A stretch of DNA of 64,000 bases, taken from the NCBI GenBank assembly GCA_951406725.2, contig OX597824.1, forward strand, positions 27,032,001 through 27,096,000, written 5' to 3'. The notes below the pieces were generated by a model. It was not told the DNA's origin, ran no database searches, and was given only the letters and a program-made list of their open reading frames with translations. Numbering within the stretch: the first letter of the stretch is position 1; every line of letters begins with the position of its first letter. Source of the stretch: Octopus vulgaris. Its lineage: Eukaryota. Below, piece after piece: positions 1 to 13,260 of the stretch. The position numbers and the translations under genes are program-made.

Positions 1-28
1 TGTGAACATTTACAATCGCGACTGTTGC

Positions 29-146
<118 letters not shown>

Positions 147-608
147 CATATATATATATATTTGTTTATGCCTATCTATGAAGTCTTCTTTATTTCTATA
201 ACATTGTGACTATATGCTCATGCGTGTACACACACTTATTCCCGAATATTTATCAAATGTATAAATGTGAAAAGGTGTGTAAGGCTGTGTGTGAGTAGGG
301 GTGCTGGTGTTTGTTTGTTTGTTTGTTTGTTTGTTTAGGTTTATGCATGAATTTGGGGTTTAATCTTTTTTCGAATTTTTTTTTTTTTTTTTTTTTTTTC
401 TGTTCATAAACATTCGTGAAGATATAAAAAAAAAAGGAACTCGCGGAGGATCGTAAGCGTGAATACATCTCCTCCTATAATAAGCAGGTTCTTTTTTTTT
501 TTTTTAATATTTTATAAACACACGCACATATTTGTGCTTGCGCGACTGTGTGCCAGTATATATCTATGTGTATGTGTGTGTGTGTGTGTGTATATACATA
601 TATGTTGT

Positions 609-682
<74 letters not shown>

Positions 683-736
683 AATATATATAAATGCATA
701 TACATATATATACATATATATATCATATATATATAT

Positions 737-788
<52 letters not shown>

Positions 789-966
789 TCGTCATTCTCT
801 TTCCCTTTTAACAGATTCATCACCGAGTCGTGTCGAAGGAAGTCTAACGGCACATATAAAACATACAAATAGACGGTAAATAATTAAATGCGTGTATTTC
901 TTATATACATATATATGTTTATATACATACATGCATACATGTATACATACATACATGCATACATAC

Positions 967-1006
<40 letters not shown>

Positions 1007-1107
1007 TTTTTTTTATGTGTTTTACATATTTCAATAAATGAGTGTACACAAAAGAACACGTATGTATGTATCTATGTATGTATGAATATATGTATATATA
1101 AATATGA

Positions 1108-1140
<33 letters not shown>

Positions 1141-1626
1141 TGTATGTATGTATGTATGTATGTATGTATGTATGTATGTATGTATGTATGTATGTATACA
1201 TATATGTGTGTGTGCGTGTCTATAGGGATAGAGGAGAGAAGTAGAGAAAGTAAGCAATTGAATGACATATCCTCATTATCGATATACCAAGAGATTTACA
1301 CAACTGCGAAGTGGCATATTTTTCCTTAAGACGCAAATTTAGTACGATGACTTATAAAATATATATGCATACATACATACATATATACATACATACATAC
1401 ATACATACATACATACATACATACATACATACATACATACATACATACATACATACATACATGCATATGTATATATGTGTGTGTATATATATACATGCAT
1501 ATATAAAACATGTGTGTGTATATATGTAGCTAGATAGAAAGAGATACAAACATATGCATATATATATATATAAACACATACACATATGTATATATAGAGA
1601 GACAGACGGATAACGGACAGACAAAC

Positions 1627-1700
<74 letters not shown>

Positions 1701-1702
1701 GC

Positions 1703-1753
<51 letters not shown>

Positions 1754-1993
1754 CATAAATTTTTTTAAGTAAGGTGCATATATTTCAGGGAGGTTGTGGA
1801 CTTATGCCTTTCCCAAACCCCTTATAACTGACTAGATATGTTCAATACGATAGTAGTAAATCTCCGCAATATTTTGCTTCATTTCTAATGTATTTTTTAT
1901 ATAAATACATGCATGAATATTTTGATTATTCTCTCTATGTGTCCCTTTGTCTGTCTATCTATCTATGTGTATATGCGTGTGTGCGTGTGTGAG

Positions 1994-2099
<106 letters not shown>

Positions 2100-2121
2100 T
2101 GTGTGTGTCTGTGTGTGTGTG

Positions 2122-2283
2122 TGCAGAAGTGGCTGTGTGGTAAGACGCTTGTTTCCCCACCACATCGTTCTGGGTTCGGTCCCACTGCATGGTACCTTAA
2201 CCAAGTGTCTTCTACTATAGCCTCGGGTTCACCAAAGCCTTGTGAGTGGATTTACTAGACGGAAACTGAAAGGAGCCCGTCGC
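2122..2283 (+). mobile_element. SINE family A 5' half running into long (TA)n
   Basis: GCAGAAGTGGCTGTGTGGTAAG...GGAGCCCGTCG, then (TA)n. Similar 5' halves at 27745-27905(-), 37762-37921(+) and 49655-49932(-). Confidence 0.85.
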
Positions 2284-2284
2284 G

Positions 2285-2389
<105 letters not shown>

Positions 2390-2404
2390 TATATGTATAT
2401 ATAT

Positions 2405-2483
<79 letters not shown>

Positions 2484-2782
2484 GATATGTATGTATGTAT
2501 GTATGTATATATGTGAGATACTTATATTTATATACACATATATATTTATACACACATTATATATAAATATAGATATAGATATATACACATTATATACGTA
2601 TAGATATACATATATATATATATGAGTGTGTGTATAAACATATGCATAGATTTACATATGCGTATATATATATGTATATGTATGTATACATATATATGTA
2701 TATGTATATCTATATCTATATATAAATATATATATAGAGAGAGAGAAGGAGAGAGAGAGAGGGAGAGAAAGAGAGAGAAGTA

Positions 2783-2926
2783 CACGCATGGCTAAATGGT
2801 AAGAAGTTTGCTTCCGAGCCACATGGTTGCGGGTTCAGTCCCCCAGCGTGGAAACTCGGGCAAGTATATTCTCAGTCGTTGGAAGCCGTGAGTGAATTTT
2901 GTTGTTGGAAACTCAAAGAAGCCCGT

Positions 2927-2967
<41 letters not shown>

Positions 2968-3622
2968 GTATCCGTGTGTGCACGCGTGCGTGTGAGCGTG
3001 TGTGTATGAGTGTGCGTGTGTGTGTGCGTGTGTGTGTTTGTGTGTGTGTACACGAGTGTGTATGTGTTTGTGTGTCCGTCTGTCTCTGTGCCCGCATTCG
3101 TCCCTTCCACACTGTTTTGACAAGAGTAGTACCCCCACCATCGCTTGACTGTCTGTCTGTGTGTTTACGTTCCCTTAGCTGTTAGGCAAAGGACGCCGTT
3201 AGAATAAGTTTTTTACGTTTCTGTAACCTGGCGATTCGATAAAGCAGAGCAACGGAATAAATACCCATTTCTTTACTACCCACAAGGGGCTAAACACAGA
3301 GAGGACAAAAAAGGACAGACAAACGGATTAAGTCGATTATATCGACCCCAGTGCGTAACTGGCACTTATTTAATCGACCCTGAAAGGATGAAAGGCAAAG
3401 TCGACCTCGGCGGAATTTGAACTCGGAACGTAACGGCAGACGAAAAACCGCTAAGCATTTCGCCCGGCGTGCTAACGTTTCAGCCAGCTCACCATAAATA
3501 CCAGGCTGTAGAAAGTGAGAACTGGGGTCGATTCAGTCGGCTAAAGAAAAGAAAAAAAAATTCCTTCACAGTGGCTTTCCAGCACGGCCGTTCTCTAATA
3601 ACTGAAAGAGGTAAAAGATAAT
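2783..3622 (+). mobile_element. Diverged SINE family A hosting a family B insertion
   Basis: Family A blocks resume after 3494. Confidence 0.75.
3266..3493 (-). mobile_element. SINE family B (tail type B1), nested in family A, TSD ATAAATACC
   Basis: Head GGYGAGCTGGC..GAGTTCAAATTCC, central GCCTTTCATCCTTTC(G/A)GGGTCGAT block (recalled as Meta-domain-like, unverified). TSD at 3257-3265 and 3494-3502. Confidence 0.9.
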
Positions 3623-3693
3623 AAACATATATAATACAGGTATTTTAAAATCGTAAATCTACTCCCATAATTACATTCATATGCATATATATA

Positions 3694-3737
<44 letters not shown>

Positions 3738-3740
<3 letters not shown>

Positions 3741-4089
3741 TCCTATTTGTTTCAGTCATTTGACTGCAGCCATGCTGGAACAACGCCTTAAGTCGAACAA
3801 ATCAACCCCAGGACTTATTCTTTGTAAGCCTAGTACATATTCTATCGGGGACAGTAAGCACACAGTCATCGGTTGTCAAGCAATGGTGGGGGTACAAACA
3901 CACACACACCCACAAATATATATATATATATATATACGACGGGCTTCTTTCAGTTTCCGTCTAACAAATCCACCCACAATGCTTTGGTAGGCGCCCGAGG
4001 TTATAAAAGACGCTTGACCAAGGGAACTGAAACCGGAACCATATGGTTGGTAAGCAAGCTGTTTACCGCACTGCCACTCTTGCTCCTAT
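3738..4089 (-). mobile_element. SINE family A, diverged
   Basis: Reverse complement of the reference copy with deletions. Confidence 0.85.
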
Positions 4090-4143
4090 ATGGAAATGCA
4101 TACATACATACATACAAACATACATACAAACATACATACATAC

Positions 4144-4192
<49 letters not shown>

Positions 4193-4224
4193 AATATATA
4201 TACATATATACATATATATATATA

Positions 4225-5493
4225 CAGGGTGTACCCCCAAAATGTATACACACTTGTGCAGCTGATAACACAACTGATTTTTTTTTCTTTCCAGATGAAT
4301 CCCATAGAAATTAATGATGACAGGCAGACTAAGCTTTGAACAAAGGAAATTCATTCTAAAATGCTACTGGAAGTGTGAAAACACAGTTAAAGTGCAAAGA
4401 CAGTTTAGCAGGGAGTTTCAAACAAATCCACCAATGTGACTCACCATCCCTCGAATTAGAGATAAGCTTGAAGCCGATGGAACTGTTCAGAATGTCCACG
4501 AGAAGCATTTCAGAAGACCACGAACATCAACAAGCCCAACAAAGTAAGAAGGAGTATTGGAAATGTATCACCAAAATTCAAGAAATCTGTGCAGCAAGCG
4601 AGTCGTGAGGTAAGTATTTCAAAATCGTCTGTTCAACGCATTTTGAAGCGTTGTCAATGGAAAAGTTACGTTCCAAGATTAGTTCATACTATTAAGGACG
4701 ATGATCTAGCACGAAGAGTGCAGTATTGCGAGTGGTACTTGACATGATGTGTAGAAGATGCACACATTCCAACAAAGATTGCGTGGTGTGATGAGACCTC
4801 ATTCAAATTAAATGGTTCAATTAACCGCCACAATTGCTCCTACTAGGGACACGAGAATCCGCATGTTATGGTAGAACACCATGTTAATTTACTAGGAGTT
4901 ACAGTGTGGTGTGGCTTATCGTCAAGAGGATTAACTGGACCTTTCTTTTTTGATGCTACTGTGACTGGTCCCGTTTACTTCAACTTGCTGCAACAGTCTA
5001 TGATGCCAAGCATTAGAGAAGACTTTGAAGATGAGGAATTTTATTTTCAGCAATATGGGGTACCCCAACACTACCATCGCTACGTTAGATCCTTCTTTGA
5101 TGAGATCCTGCTAAACAGGTAGATTGGAAGAAAGGGTTTCGTTGAATACCCTCCGCGTTCACCAGACCTCACATCACCAGACTTTTTTTTATGGGGATAT
5201 TTAAAAGACAAAACTCTACGCTATGAAACCTATAATAGTCACTGATTTGAGAGCAGCCATTGAATGAGAATGCACACAAATACAAAACGAATTGTTTCGT
5301 GATGTTTGCGATTCCATTGCTTTGCGTCGTCAGCAGTGCCCGGACCAGAACGGACGTCAGTCTGAAAAGAGGCGTTAACAAAACAATAGAATAATGTCTG
5401 TAGATTCTATTAAATTTTGAAAATGAAATGCCTTTTAATAAATACCTACTTTACAATTATTTAAAGTGTGTATACATTTTTGGGGATACCCTG
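4225..5493 (+). mobile_element. Full-length decayed Tc1/mariner DNA transposon, DD41D (rosa/Visitor-type) group
   Basis: Left TIR CAGGGTGTACCCCCAAAATGTATACACACTT (4225-4255). Right TIR AAGTGTGTATACATTTTTGGGGATACCCTG (5464-5493). TA on both flanks, ~1.27 kb, transposase remnants inside. Confidence 0.93.
4314..5378 (+). pseudogene. Transposase pseudogene (N-terminal HTH-like region + DD41D catalytic domain) with stops and frameshifts
   Basis: Manual translation gives MMTGRLSFEQRKFILKCYWKCENTVKVQRQF..., [41 protein letters not shown], and FYFQQ(Y for D)GVPQHY...NR*IGRKGFVEYPPRSPDLTSPDFFLWGYLKDK. I counted 41 codons between the mutated second D and the third D. Confidence 0.9.
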
Positions 5494-5559
5494 TATACAT
5501 ATGTGTGAGTGTGTACATGTATGTGTGAGTGTGTGTGTTTATGTATGTGTGTGTGTGTG

Positions 5560-5850
5560 TGTGGTCTAGTCCTCAGGCTGTTGCACTCACGATCCCTACT
5601 TCATGGGTTCGATTTTTTGACTACGTGGGGCGTCGTGTCCTTGGGTAAAACACTTCATTCCACATTGCTCCGCCCCTACTTCGATGAGTGGGGATTGTTG
5701 GCCTGCTCAACTAGCCAGTAGCGTCATCTGAAAGAACTTGCTCTAGAACTGAAAGGCTAAAACTGAAAGGCTAAAACAATGCAGAAGCGTATCATGATCA
5801 GCGAGGTGTAGCAAATTCTGACATCCTAGTCAGTCACGTGATCACGTAAT
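5560..5850 (+). mobile_element. Degenerate CORE-headed SINE with GTCACGTGATCAC-ending tail; related copy at 6378-6632(-)
   Basis: Tail TGTTGGCCTGCTC..CTAAAACAATGC..GTCACGTGATCAC is shared with 61985-62110. Confidence 0.68.
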
Positions 5851-5923
5851 ATGCACATGTATGCGTGTGTGTGTGCATCTATCTATCTATTTATCTATCT
5901 ATCTACCTATCTATCTATCTATC

Positions 5924-5995
<72 letters not shown>

Positions 5996-6658
5996 AATCG
6001 ATCGATCTATCTGTATGCGTGTGTGTGTGCGTGTGTATGTATGTATACATGAATGTCTGTATATGAATCTATAGTATGTATTCTTTTTTCTGCTCTCTGA
6101 ATTGTGATCTGACCTAGATCACCTTTATAGTTGATCCTTTCGTAGTCGACATCTTGTCCTGAGGCGATCCTTCTCTTTATCTCACTTTTTCCCTTCGTCT
6201 GTCACTTCTTGTGACAAAATCATCTGAATTCTGATCTGCAGCGCTGTAGTTGACACCAGGTCTAAAAATCTAGAAGAAATCTCAAACGTATAAAGTATAT
6301 CCCTACGGAACCCCTAAAATCTGTCAAATTGTAAAGGTCCGATGACAAGCATATATATATATGTGTGTGTGTGTGTGAGGAGATCGACCAACATTTCGGA
6401 CGTTGTTGTACATCACTGTACACAATGCGCTTTGCATCATTGTAGCTTCCAAAAAATGCTACTCCGCTGACTATCTGAGCAGGCCAGCATTCCTCTTCAT
6501 CAGAAGGATACCTATTTACAGCTGAGTGGGTTGGAGCAATGTGGATCCGAGTGTTTTGCTCAAGGAAACTCGCTGCTTGGTTCACGAATCGAACCCACGA
6601 TCACTAGATCGTTAGTGCATGGTCACGTGCCTTGGTATATCTATCTATATCTATATAT

Positions 6659-6708
<50 letters not shown>

Positions 6709-6713
<5 letters not shown>

Positions 6714-6867
6714 TTATAGAAAAATAAAAGACGAAGACAGGTGTATGAACAACAAGCAGGTGTATTTGTTTGACGCTCGGGAAAATGAAGACGGAAAAAT
6801 TCTTTTATGTTTCGAGCCTACGCTCTTCAGCAGAAAGGAATAAGAGAAAAAAAGAAAAACAGAGAGA

Positions 6868-6870
<3 letters not shown>
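6709..6870 (-). mobile_element. Hammerhead-bearing short element (Penelope-like terminal repeat/retrozyme-like), copy 1, flanked by (TA)n on both sides
   Basis: Homologous to 13041-13260, 19380-19555, 47368-47510 and 51017-51237. Shares the hammerhead motif, GAGCG..AATACA and CTGTCTTCGTCTTTT blocks, and its 3' end joins (TA)n. Confidence 0.75.
6802..6837 (-). ncRNA. Minimal type I hammerhead-like motif, probably degenerate at the cleavage triplet (AUA)
   Basis: Reverse complement reads CUUU-CUGCUGA-A-GAGC-GUAG-GCUC-GAAAC-AU-A-AAAG. Confidence 0.55.
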
Positions 6871-6912
<42 letters not shown>

Positions 6913-8266
6913 TATGTGCGCGTGTGTTTTTGTGTGCGTGTATATGTCTGTGTGTGAGAGTGTGTGCGTGCGTGTGTGTGTGTGTGCGCGCGTGTGAGCG
7001 GGTGTGTGTTTGCGTGCAGAATAAACGCAGATAATCCAATAAATGTACAGTTCAAAGTTATTGTAAAGATTTTGCTCATTCATTTTATAGCCATTAGTAG
7101 TTTCCAACAGAAACTCATTACTTGTAATCAGTCAAACAATATATAAAGCTTTATCTGTAATGAGGTAGGTAAGCTGCTTGTAGGTGGTTAGTGCGATCCA
7201 TATGACCGATTATTTGGCAAACTCTATTTTACTGAATTGATATGATGGTAATAGCCAATTTATTTTGTGGTCCTTGAGGGTAATGTAGGATATGTGCCTG
7301 ATACGATGTTCCATTCGATCTTAGCATTTACATGGGGGAAATTAGTTCCTCCACTCTTATATTTATGACACTGTACATGCTTGGGTTTAACGTGTTTGAT
7401 CAATACTGGTTATCGATAATATTTTCTGATGTTTACTTCGTAAATGCTATTTACAAGAGCTGTTTATAGCGACAGAACGTAGGTATGTGCCGCAAGACGG
7501 CCCTTCAGTTTTTTCCACCTTTATACAGGTTTATAAAGCAGATCTAAATATGCCGTTCCAATAAAAACTCATGGTGAACCACTCCCCACTCAGACTTATC
7601 TGCACTACCGCGAAAATCATAAGTTGCGACTTCATCCACCAGTAGACTCGAGACATTTGAGGAAGTAAGAATGTGTGCTGTCCAGAGAAATCCTTGAGTA
7701 TGCCGCTCCTCCATCCTATACAAGCTTACATAGAGGTCTCAAAATTGCCGCCCTCATAAATGCCTTGTCCGGGGCGACCCGACACCATTGCCGTCCCTAG
7801 CCGCTAGTTACGCTACTCATTGATGATGCGTAAAGTGTCAGATTTTAAAAACGGTAGTATTATCACCAGGCTTGGAACGATTAATACTTTCGGATTTAAT
7901 GGATGCATGTGTTTAAGCCTGGATACCTTTCTAACGACAGGAAGCTTGGGTCCTATTGCTCGAAAAGCTTCATTATGAAATTGACATTGGCTAATGTGTA
8001 TCGCTTTAACTAGTAAGTTGCACATACGCTTTTATTTGATATATATTTCTCACTGTTTCTACATTTAACTAATCTGATAGTTTCACAAAAGGATTTCTTT
8101 TCGCACAATGATAAAATTTGCTCCGAAATAAAGTTTTTTGGTATAACCGTTTATCACCATCAGGCAGTTCAGTTGTTTTGAAGGACTTAATTTTATTTTT
8201 TACAAGCATATGGATGTATTTTTCGTATTTCGGGTAAATCATTATCCTAATGTGCTGCTATTGACG

Positions 8267-8297
<31 letters not shown>

Positions 8298-8815
8298 TGT
8301 ATGTATGTATGTATGTATGTATGTATGTATGTATGTATGTATGTATGTGTGTGTGACAGTATCTATACGCATATATTTACATATTCTTACATATATATGC
8401 ATTCACACACACAGGGACACGCGCGCGAGCAGGTACACGTTTATATGTGTCTGTATGTTCAAATTAGACCCATATGTATTTATAATATATTTATATATAT
8501 AAACATATACGTACGTATATACATATAAAGATAAACATATATCTATATCTATGTATATTCATATAAATAAGGATAAGATCGTTTAAAATAAACGTGATTT
8601 TAGAGTCAAGTTTTGGCTGCTATATCTAGTATGGTGGTATCTTTTAGATACCCTTAATAATAATTTTAATAATAATTATATCTATGTCAGCCGAAATTGC
8701 TACGATAATCCGGTTCTTGACTGAAGATTGAAGGCTTCGAATGTCCCGTCCGTGTTTTTTGTATCGTCTTCTAAATGTTTTACGTTCTTGTCCCAGTTTG
8801 TATTTTTCTACATAA

Positions 8816-8868
<53 letters not shown>

Positions 8869-8965
8869 TGCGTACATATTCCTACACACACACACACAGA
8901 CAGAAAGTGGCACAAATGAGTAATCTTGCGACAGATCAGCGTATCGTTCAGGATGTGTGTGCGTG

Positions 8966-8996
<31 letters not shown>

Positions 8997-9140
8997 TTAT
9001 CTACCTATTTATCTATCTATTTATCTATCTATCTGTCTATAGGTGAACGAGGTTCTGGGTTCTGTCCCACTGCGTGGAAGCCGGGCCGACCAAAGCCTTG
9101 TGAGTTGATTAAGCAGACGGAAATTGAAAGAAGCCTTTCG

Positions 9141-9196
<56 letters not shown>

Positions 9197-9363
9197 TTTG
9201 TGTGCCTTTGTTTGACCACCCACCATCGCTTGACAACCGATGACAACTTAGCGGTCTGGCAAAAGAGACCGATAGAATAAGTACTAAGCTTACAAAAGAA
9301 TAAGTCCAGCTTGGCCGCATTGAAATGACTGGAGCAAAAAAATATAAGAATATATATATATAT

Positions 9364-9424
<61 letters not shown>

Positions 9425-10233
9425 TGCATACATATATATGTGTATGTGAATGTATGTAAGTATGCATACCCAGGACAATCTTACGCAAAGTCTTTGTTTA
9501 CTAAATTCATTCACAAGGCATTAGAAGGACAGAAGCTAAAGCGGAACACATTTCTTTAATGTACCACGAAGTAGGATTGAACTCGAAATGATGTGGCTGC
9601 AGATCGACCCTTTTAACTACACGCCTATTTTATTAACGCAGAATGTTTTCTTTTTTTTTCCCCGCCCATTATTGAAATCCTGATATCAATTAATTATGAA
9701 TAGCATAATTCCAATAACATATAATGCGTGAAACACAGACAGGGAAGTCACGGTTGGCTGACCGGGGGACTTTGATTATAGGTTTGCTCAATCGGGGTTG
9801 ACGTGGTTGTAAACAACAACGATAACATCAACAACTACAACGACAACAACAAAATACAATATAGCCTTTAAACCGATGCTTTGCCTTCTCTTCCAACCAT
9901 TACATAATATATTATTATTTACCTTCTACTTGTTTCAGTCCTTGGACTGCGGCCATGCTACGGCACTGCCTGAGGGTTTTAGGCGAACAAATCGCTCAAG
10001 GTACTACTATTTTTTTAGGATAATACTTATTGTGGTGGTGCTCCAGCATGGCCACAGCCTCAGGGCTGAAATGTATAAAAGAAAAAGTATTTAAAAAAAA
10101 GAATAAAAGCAAATAAAATAATTTTTGATGAAACGCTAGTTTATAGGGACGTAAACAAACCGACACCGGTTTTTAAGCGGTGAAGAGATTGGGTGGGTGA
10201 AAAATACAAGACACAAATACACGCACACTCGTA

Positions 10234-10462
10234 CGAGGGGGTGCTGCAAGCATCCTGTCTTTAAGGATATCACGAAAGGCCTGGTTGGGTACCCAACTTT
10301 CTGAAGTTCTTTTAGAGGGCTTAGAAAAACTGAAGGACCGCTGCAATAAGTGTGTGAATCCGAGAGCGGAATATGTTGAATAATCTCATAATTAAATAAT
10401 CTTCCTGTATTAGTTTTTTTAATTTTATTTACCCAAGCCAAGAACTGCTCAGCACCAAGTCG
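10234..10462 (+). mobile_element. Mariner-derived internal-deletion element (MITE)
   Basis: TA|CGAGGGGGTGCTGCAAGCATCCTGTCTT ... AAGCCAAGAACTGCTCAGCACCAAGTCG|TA imperfect TIRs. Retains a mariner transposase C-terminus AWLGTQLSEVLLEGLEKLKDRCNKCVNPRAEYVE*. Confidence 0.8.
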
Positions 10463-10943
10463 TAGACATTTTAAAATTGGTACGATTCAGTCAACAAAAA
10501 GTACGAGTAACTATGAACATTAAATTCGATGACTGTGTCTATAACCTTGCATATACACGTTCGAATTCTGCAGGAACATATTAAGAATAAATAAGCAAGT
10601 CACCACACTCTAAATCTAATTTGCTTAAAATGATCCAGTGGACTCCTTGATCGTGACAAATGCTTGTGCGTGCGAACTCATATCTGTATACGAATATGTG
10701 CGGAAGTGTGGTGTGTGTGCGTGCATCTCTGTGAAGGTAAGATTCTGCGTAAAATCTTTGGGAAAATTGATGAATGAACATGCCTACTGTAATTAGTTTT
10801 ACCCCAGTTCCACAAATACAACATATAATTTTCTATCAAAAATACCACAAGCGAGTGATTAACCCACTGAAACTATTATGAAAGAACCTGTTGCTCTAGA
10901 ACTGAAATTCGTTATATATGCCGGCCAATATGTATCGCAGGGT

Positions 10944-11186
10944 GGAGACACATGGCTTAGTGTTTCAGGTGATCATAGATGATCGCAAGATAGTGCACAT
11001 CAGTTTTGGACCGGACGATCAATTGTGTTCTCAAGCAAAGCACTTAATTTCTCTTTGCTCCAGTCCACTCAGCTGCAAAAATTAGTGATCCTGCGATGGA
11101 TAAGCGTCCTGTCCAAGGGGAGAATATATACGCCACAGAATCCAGTGAGTCAACCTTTTGAGCCTATGGCTCGGCAAGGGCCTTCG
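10944..11186 (+). mobile_element. CORE-headed SINE with CTGCGATGGA..GTCC..CCAGGGG tail
   Basis: Head like family C, tail like 19300-19335/19621-19655 and 51880-51987. Confidence 0.7.
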
Positions 11187-11224
11187 ATCCCTTGCCGCCT
11201 CAAATCCTCCAGACGATCTCAGTA

Positions 11225-11530
11225 CCACAACGAAACCATGCGGGTGATCATGCGTCGCTACAAAGACTAGCTGAAACCGACGCTGAAGAACACCAATAGT
11301 GACCTTAAATTCTGGGAGCAACTCACAGAGACGGAACAGTGTCGCATCATACTATCATGGCTAGTGTAAATCATTTTGAAAAACGTCGTCGAAGAAATGA
11401 AAAAGAGAAACGGTTACGATGAAGGACCTACTAACTCCAGCCAAGGCCTCTACTCGCCATCAACTGGAACTTCGATGGACTATTGTTTCACGTAAAAATC
11501 TGTCTTGTCGGCCATTAGAGGCACCACAAG
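11225..11530 (+). mobile_element. Older RTE-clade LINE C-terminal fragment
   Basis: RRYKD*LKPTLKNTNSDLKFWEQL ... SVNHFEKRRRRNEKEKRLR resembles the RTE motif KRYKDxLKxxLK..WE..R. Confidence 0.65.
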
Positions 11531-11626
11531 AAAATGAAGTACAAATCAAGAAATATTCAAGGACGAAGTGGAACCAAAAACAATATGTCTCTCTTTCAAT
11601 CTGTCTATCGGTATGTGTGTGTTGCT

Positions 11627-12193
11627 GAGACACCCTTCGGCCATGACTGACCATGGGATTCCACCTAGAAAGTTACCCTCCCAGGCACAAAGGCGGGCAA
11701 GGTTGTTTATGGAAGACCAGCAGTCACCCATGCATACCTATTTCTTTATTACCCAAAAGGGGCTAAACACAGAGGGGACAAACAAGGACAGACATAGGTA
11801 TTAAGTCGATTACATCGACCCCAGTGCGTAACTGGTACTTAATTTATCGACCCCGAAAGGATGAAAGGCAAAGTCGACCTCGGCGGAATTTGAACTCGCA
11901 ACGTAACGCAGACGAAATACCGCTAAGCATTTCGCCTGGCGTGCTAACGTTTCTGCCAGCTCGCCCATGAATACCGGCCTCCCCTCTCCACGGCACCAGT
12001 GTTATCCAAGGGAAAGGCAAAGGGGCCGATACAGCTTGGCACCTGTGACGTCGCAACTCATTTCTCCAGCTGAGTGAACTGGAATAATGTGAAATAAAGT
12101 GTCTTACTCAAGAACACAGCACGTATCCCGGTCCAGGATTCAAACTCACAACCTCACGATCGTGAGCTCGACGCTCTAACCACTGAGCCATGT
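11627..12193 (-). mobile_element. SINE family C, full length, interrupted by B1
   Basis: Reverse complement of 36972-37307 split at 11738/11966. Confidence 0.9.
11739..11965 (-). mobile_element. SINE family B1 nested in family C, TSD CCCATG(C/A)ATACC
   Basis: TCACCCATGCATACC at 11724-11738 and TCGCCCATGAATACC at 11961-11975. Confidence 0.9.
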
Positions 12194-12513
12194 TTGTGTA
12201 CGTATGTAATTATCTATGTGTGTATTTTTGTTCTATTGTTTAGTCTATTTTTATTCATATTTTTCATTGTGTTTCGGTCACTTTTATCTAAATTTTAGCA
12301 TATGGGAGTGTAAACGAACCACTAATGGTTGTGAAGCAGTGGTAGTGGTGGTGGGAGCAAATACAAATACACACATACACATACACACACAAACACATAC
12401 ACACAGATACACAAACACACACACTTATTCACACATACGACGGGTTTCCACACAAAATCGAAACAAGGTACGCGCTCAGTGGTACAGAACATGAAACCAG
12501 AGACGGAGAGAGA

Positions 12514-12545
<32 letters not shown>

Positions 12546-12957
12546 TTAATCCTCAGAGTACATGACTGTAGTGTATAATCCCTCATTCAGAATATACACT
12601 GAGAAGGACTACCTAATACTTGAATCCTCCGTTCACTTCACCCATCCAAATGTGTAAAACCTTGAACAAAACTGCATAGGAATGTCTAATTTGGATGAGT
12701 ATATACGGTAAATGAATAAAATTTAGGCACGCAAATGCGACATCAAAGGACACTATGACATTTAGTAAACTGAAACACGTGTAGGGTTGGAATTTAACGA
12801 GAGTAATACTGCAATAAATGAGTTTTAGAGATGTGTAATTCTCCTTTCTTCTTTATGATGTCATTATCATATATCACTTGTTTGGAGTTACATGTATTGT
12901 ATAAAACAGCTTGATTCGACTTCGGTGCACGAAATCTGAATCAAACTGTTTTGAACA

Positions 12958-13040
<83 letters not shown>

Positions 13041-13041
<1 letters not shown>

Positions 13042-13260
13042 CGGGAAGCTTTATGAAAATAGACAAAAGACGAAGGCAGTTTACGGAAAAAAACAAAAGA
13101 CGAAGGCAGGTGGAATACAAACAAACAATTGTATTAGTATGGCGCTCAGGAAATATAAATAAAACAAGTCTTTAACGTTTCGAGCCTACGCTCTTCAACA
13201 GAAAGATACACAGAGAAAAAAAACACAGAAAGAAGGAGAGAAAAAAATATGCGTGCAGAA
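13041..13260 (-). mobile_element. Hammerhead-bearing short element, copy 2 (related sequence may extend to ~13370)
   Basis: Same blocks as copies 1 and 3, an internal duplication of CAAAAGACGAAGGCAG, and a 3' end abutting the (TA)n at 12958-13040. Confidence 0.75.
13170..13205 (-). ncRNA. Minimal type I hammerhead-like motif
   Basis: Reverse complement reads (U)CUUU-CUGUUGA-A-GAGC-GUAG-GCUC-GAAAC-GU-U-AAAG(A). Confidence 0.65.

Noticed and set aside
6080-6261. Possible minus-strand exon after TTTCTTCTAGATTTTTAG acceptor
   Set aside because: All three frames stop within about 30 codons, the peptide is unrecognised and no partner exon was found.
8690-8820. CTGAAGA..CTTCGAATGTC next to (TA)n as a sixth hammerhead
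   Set aside because: It lacks GAAA and a pairing stem I. It may be a related repeat, but the fold is not supportable.
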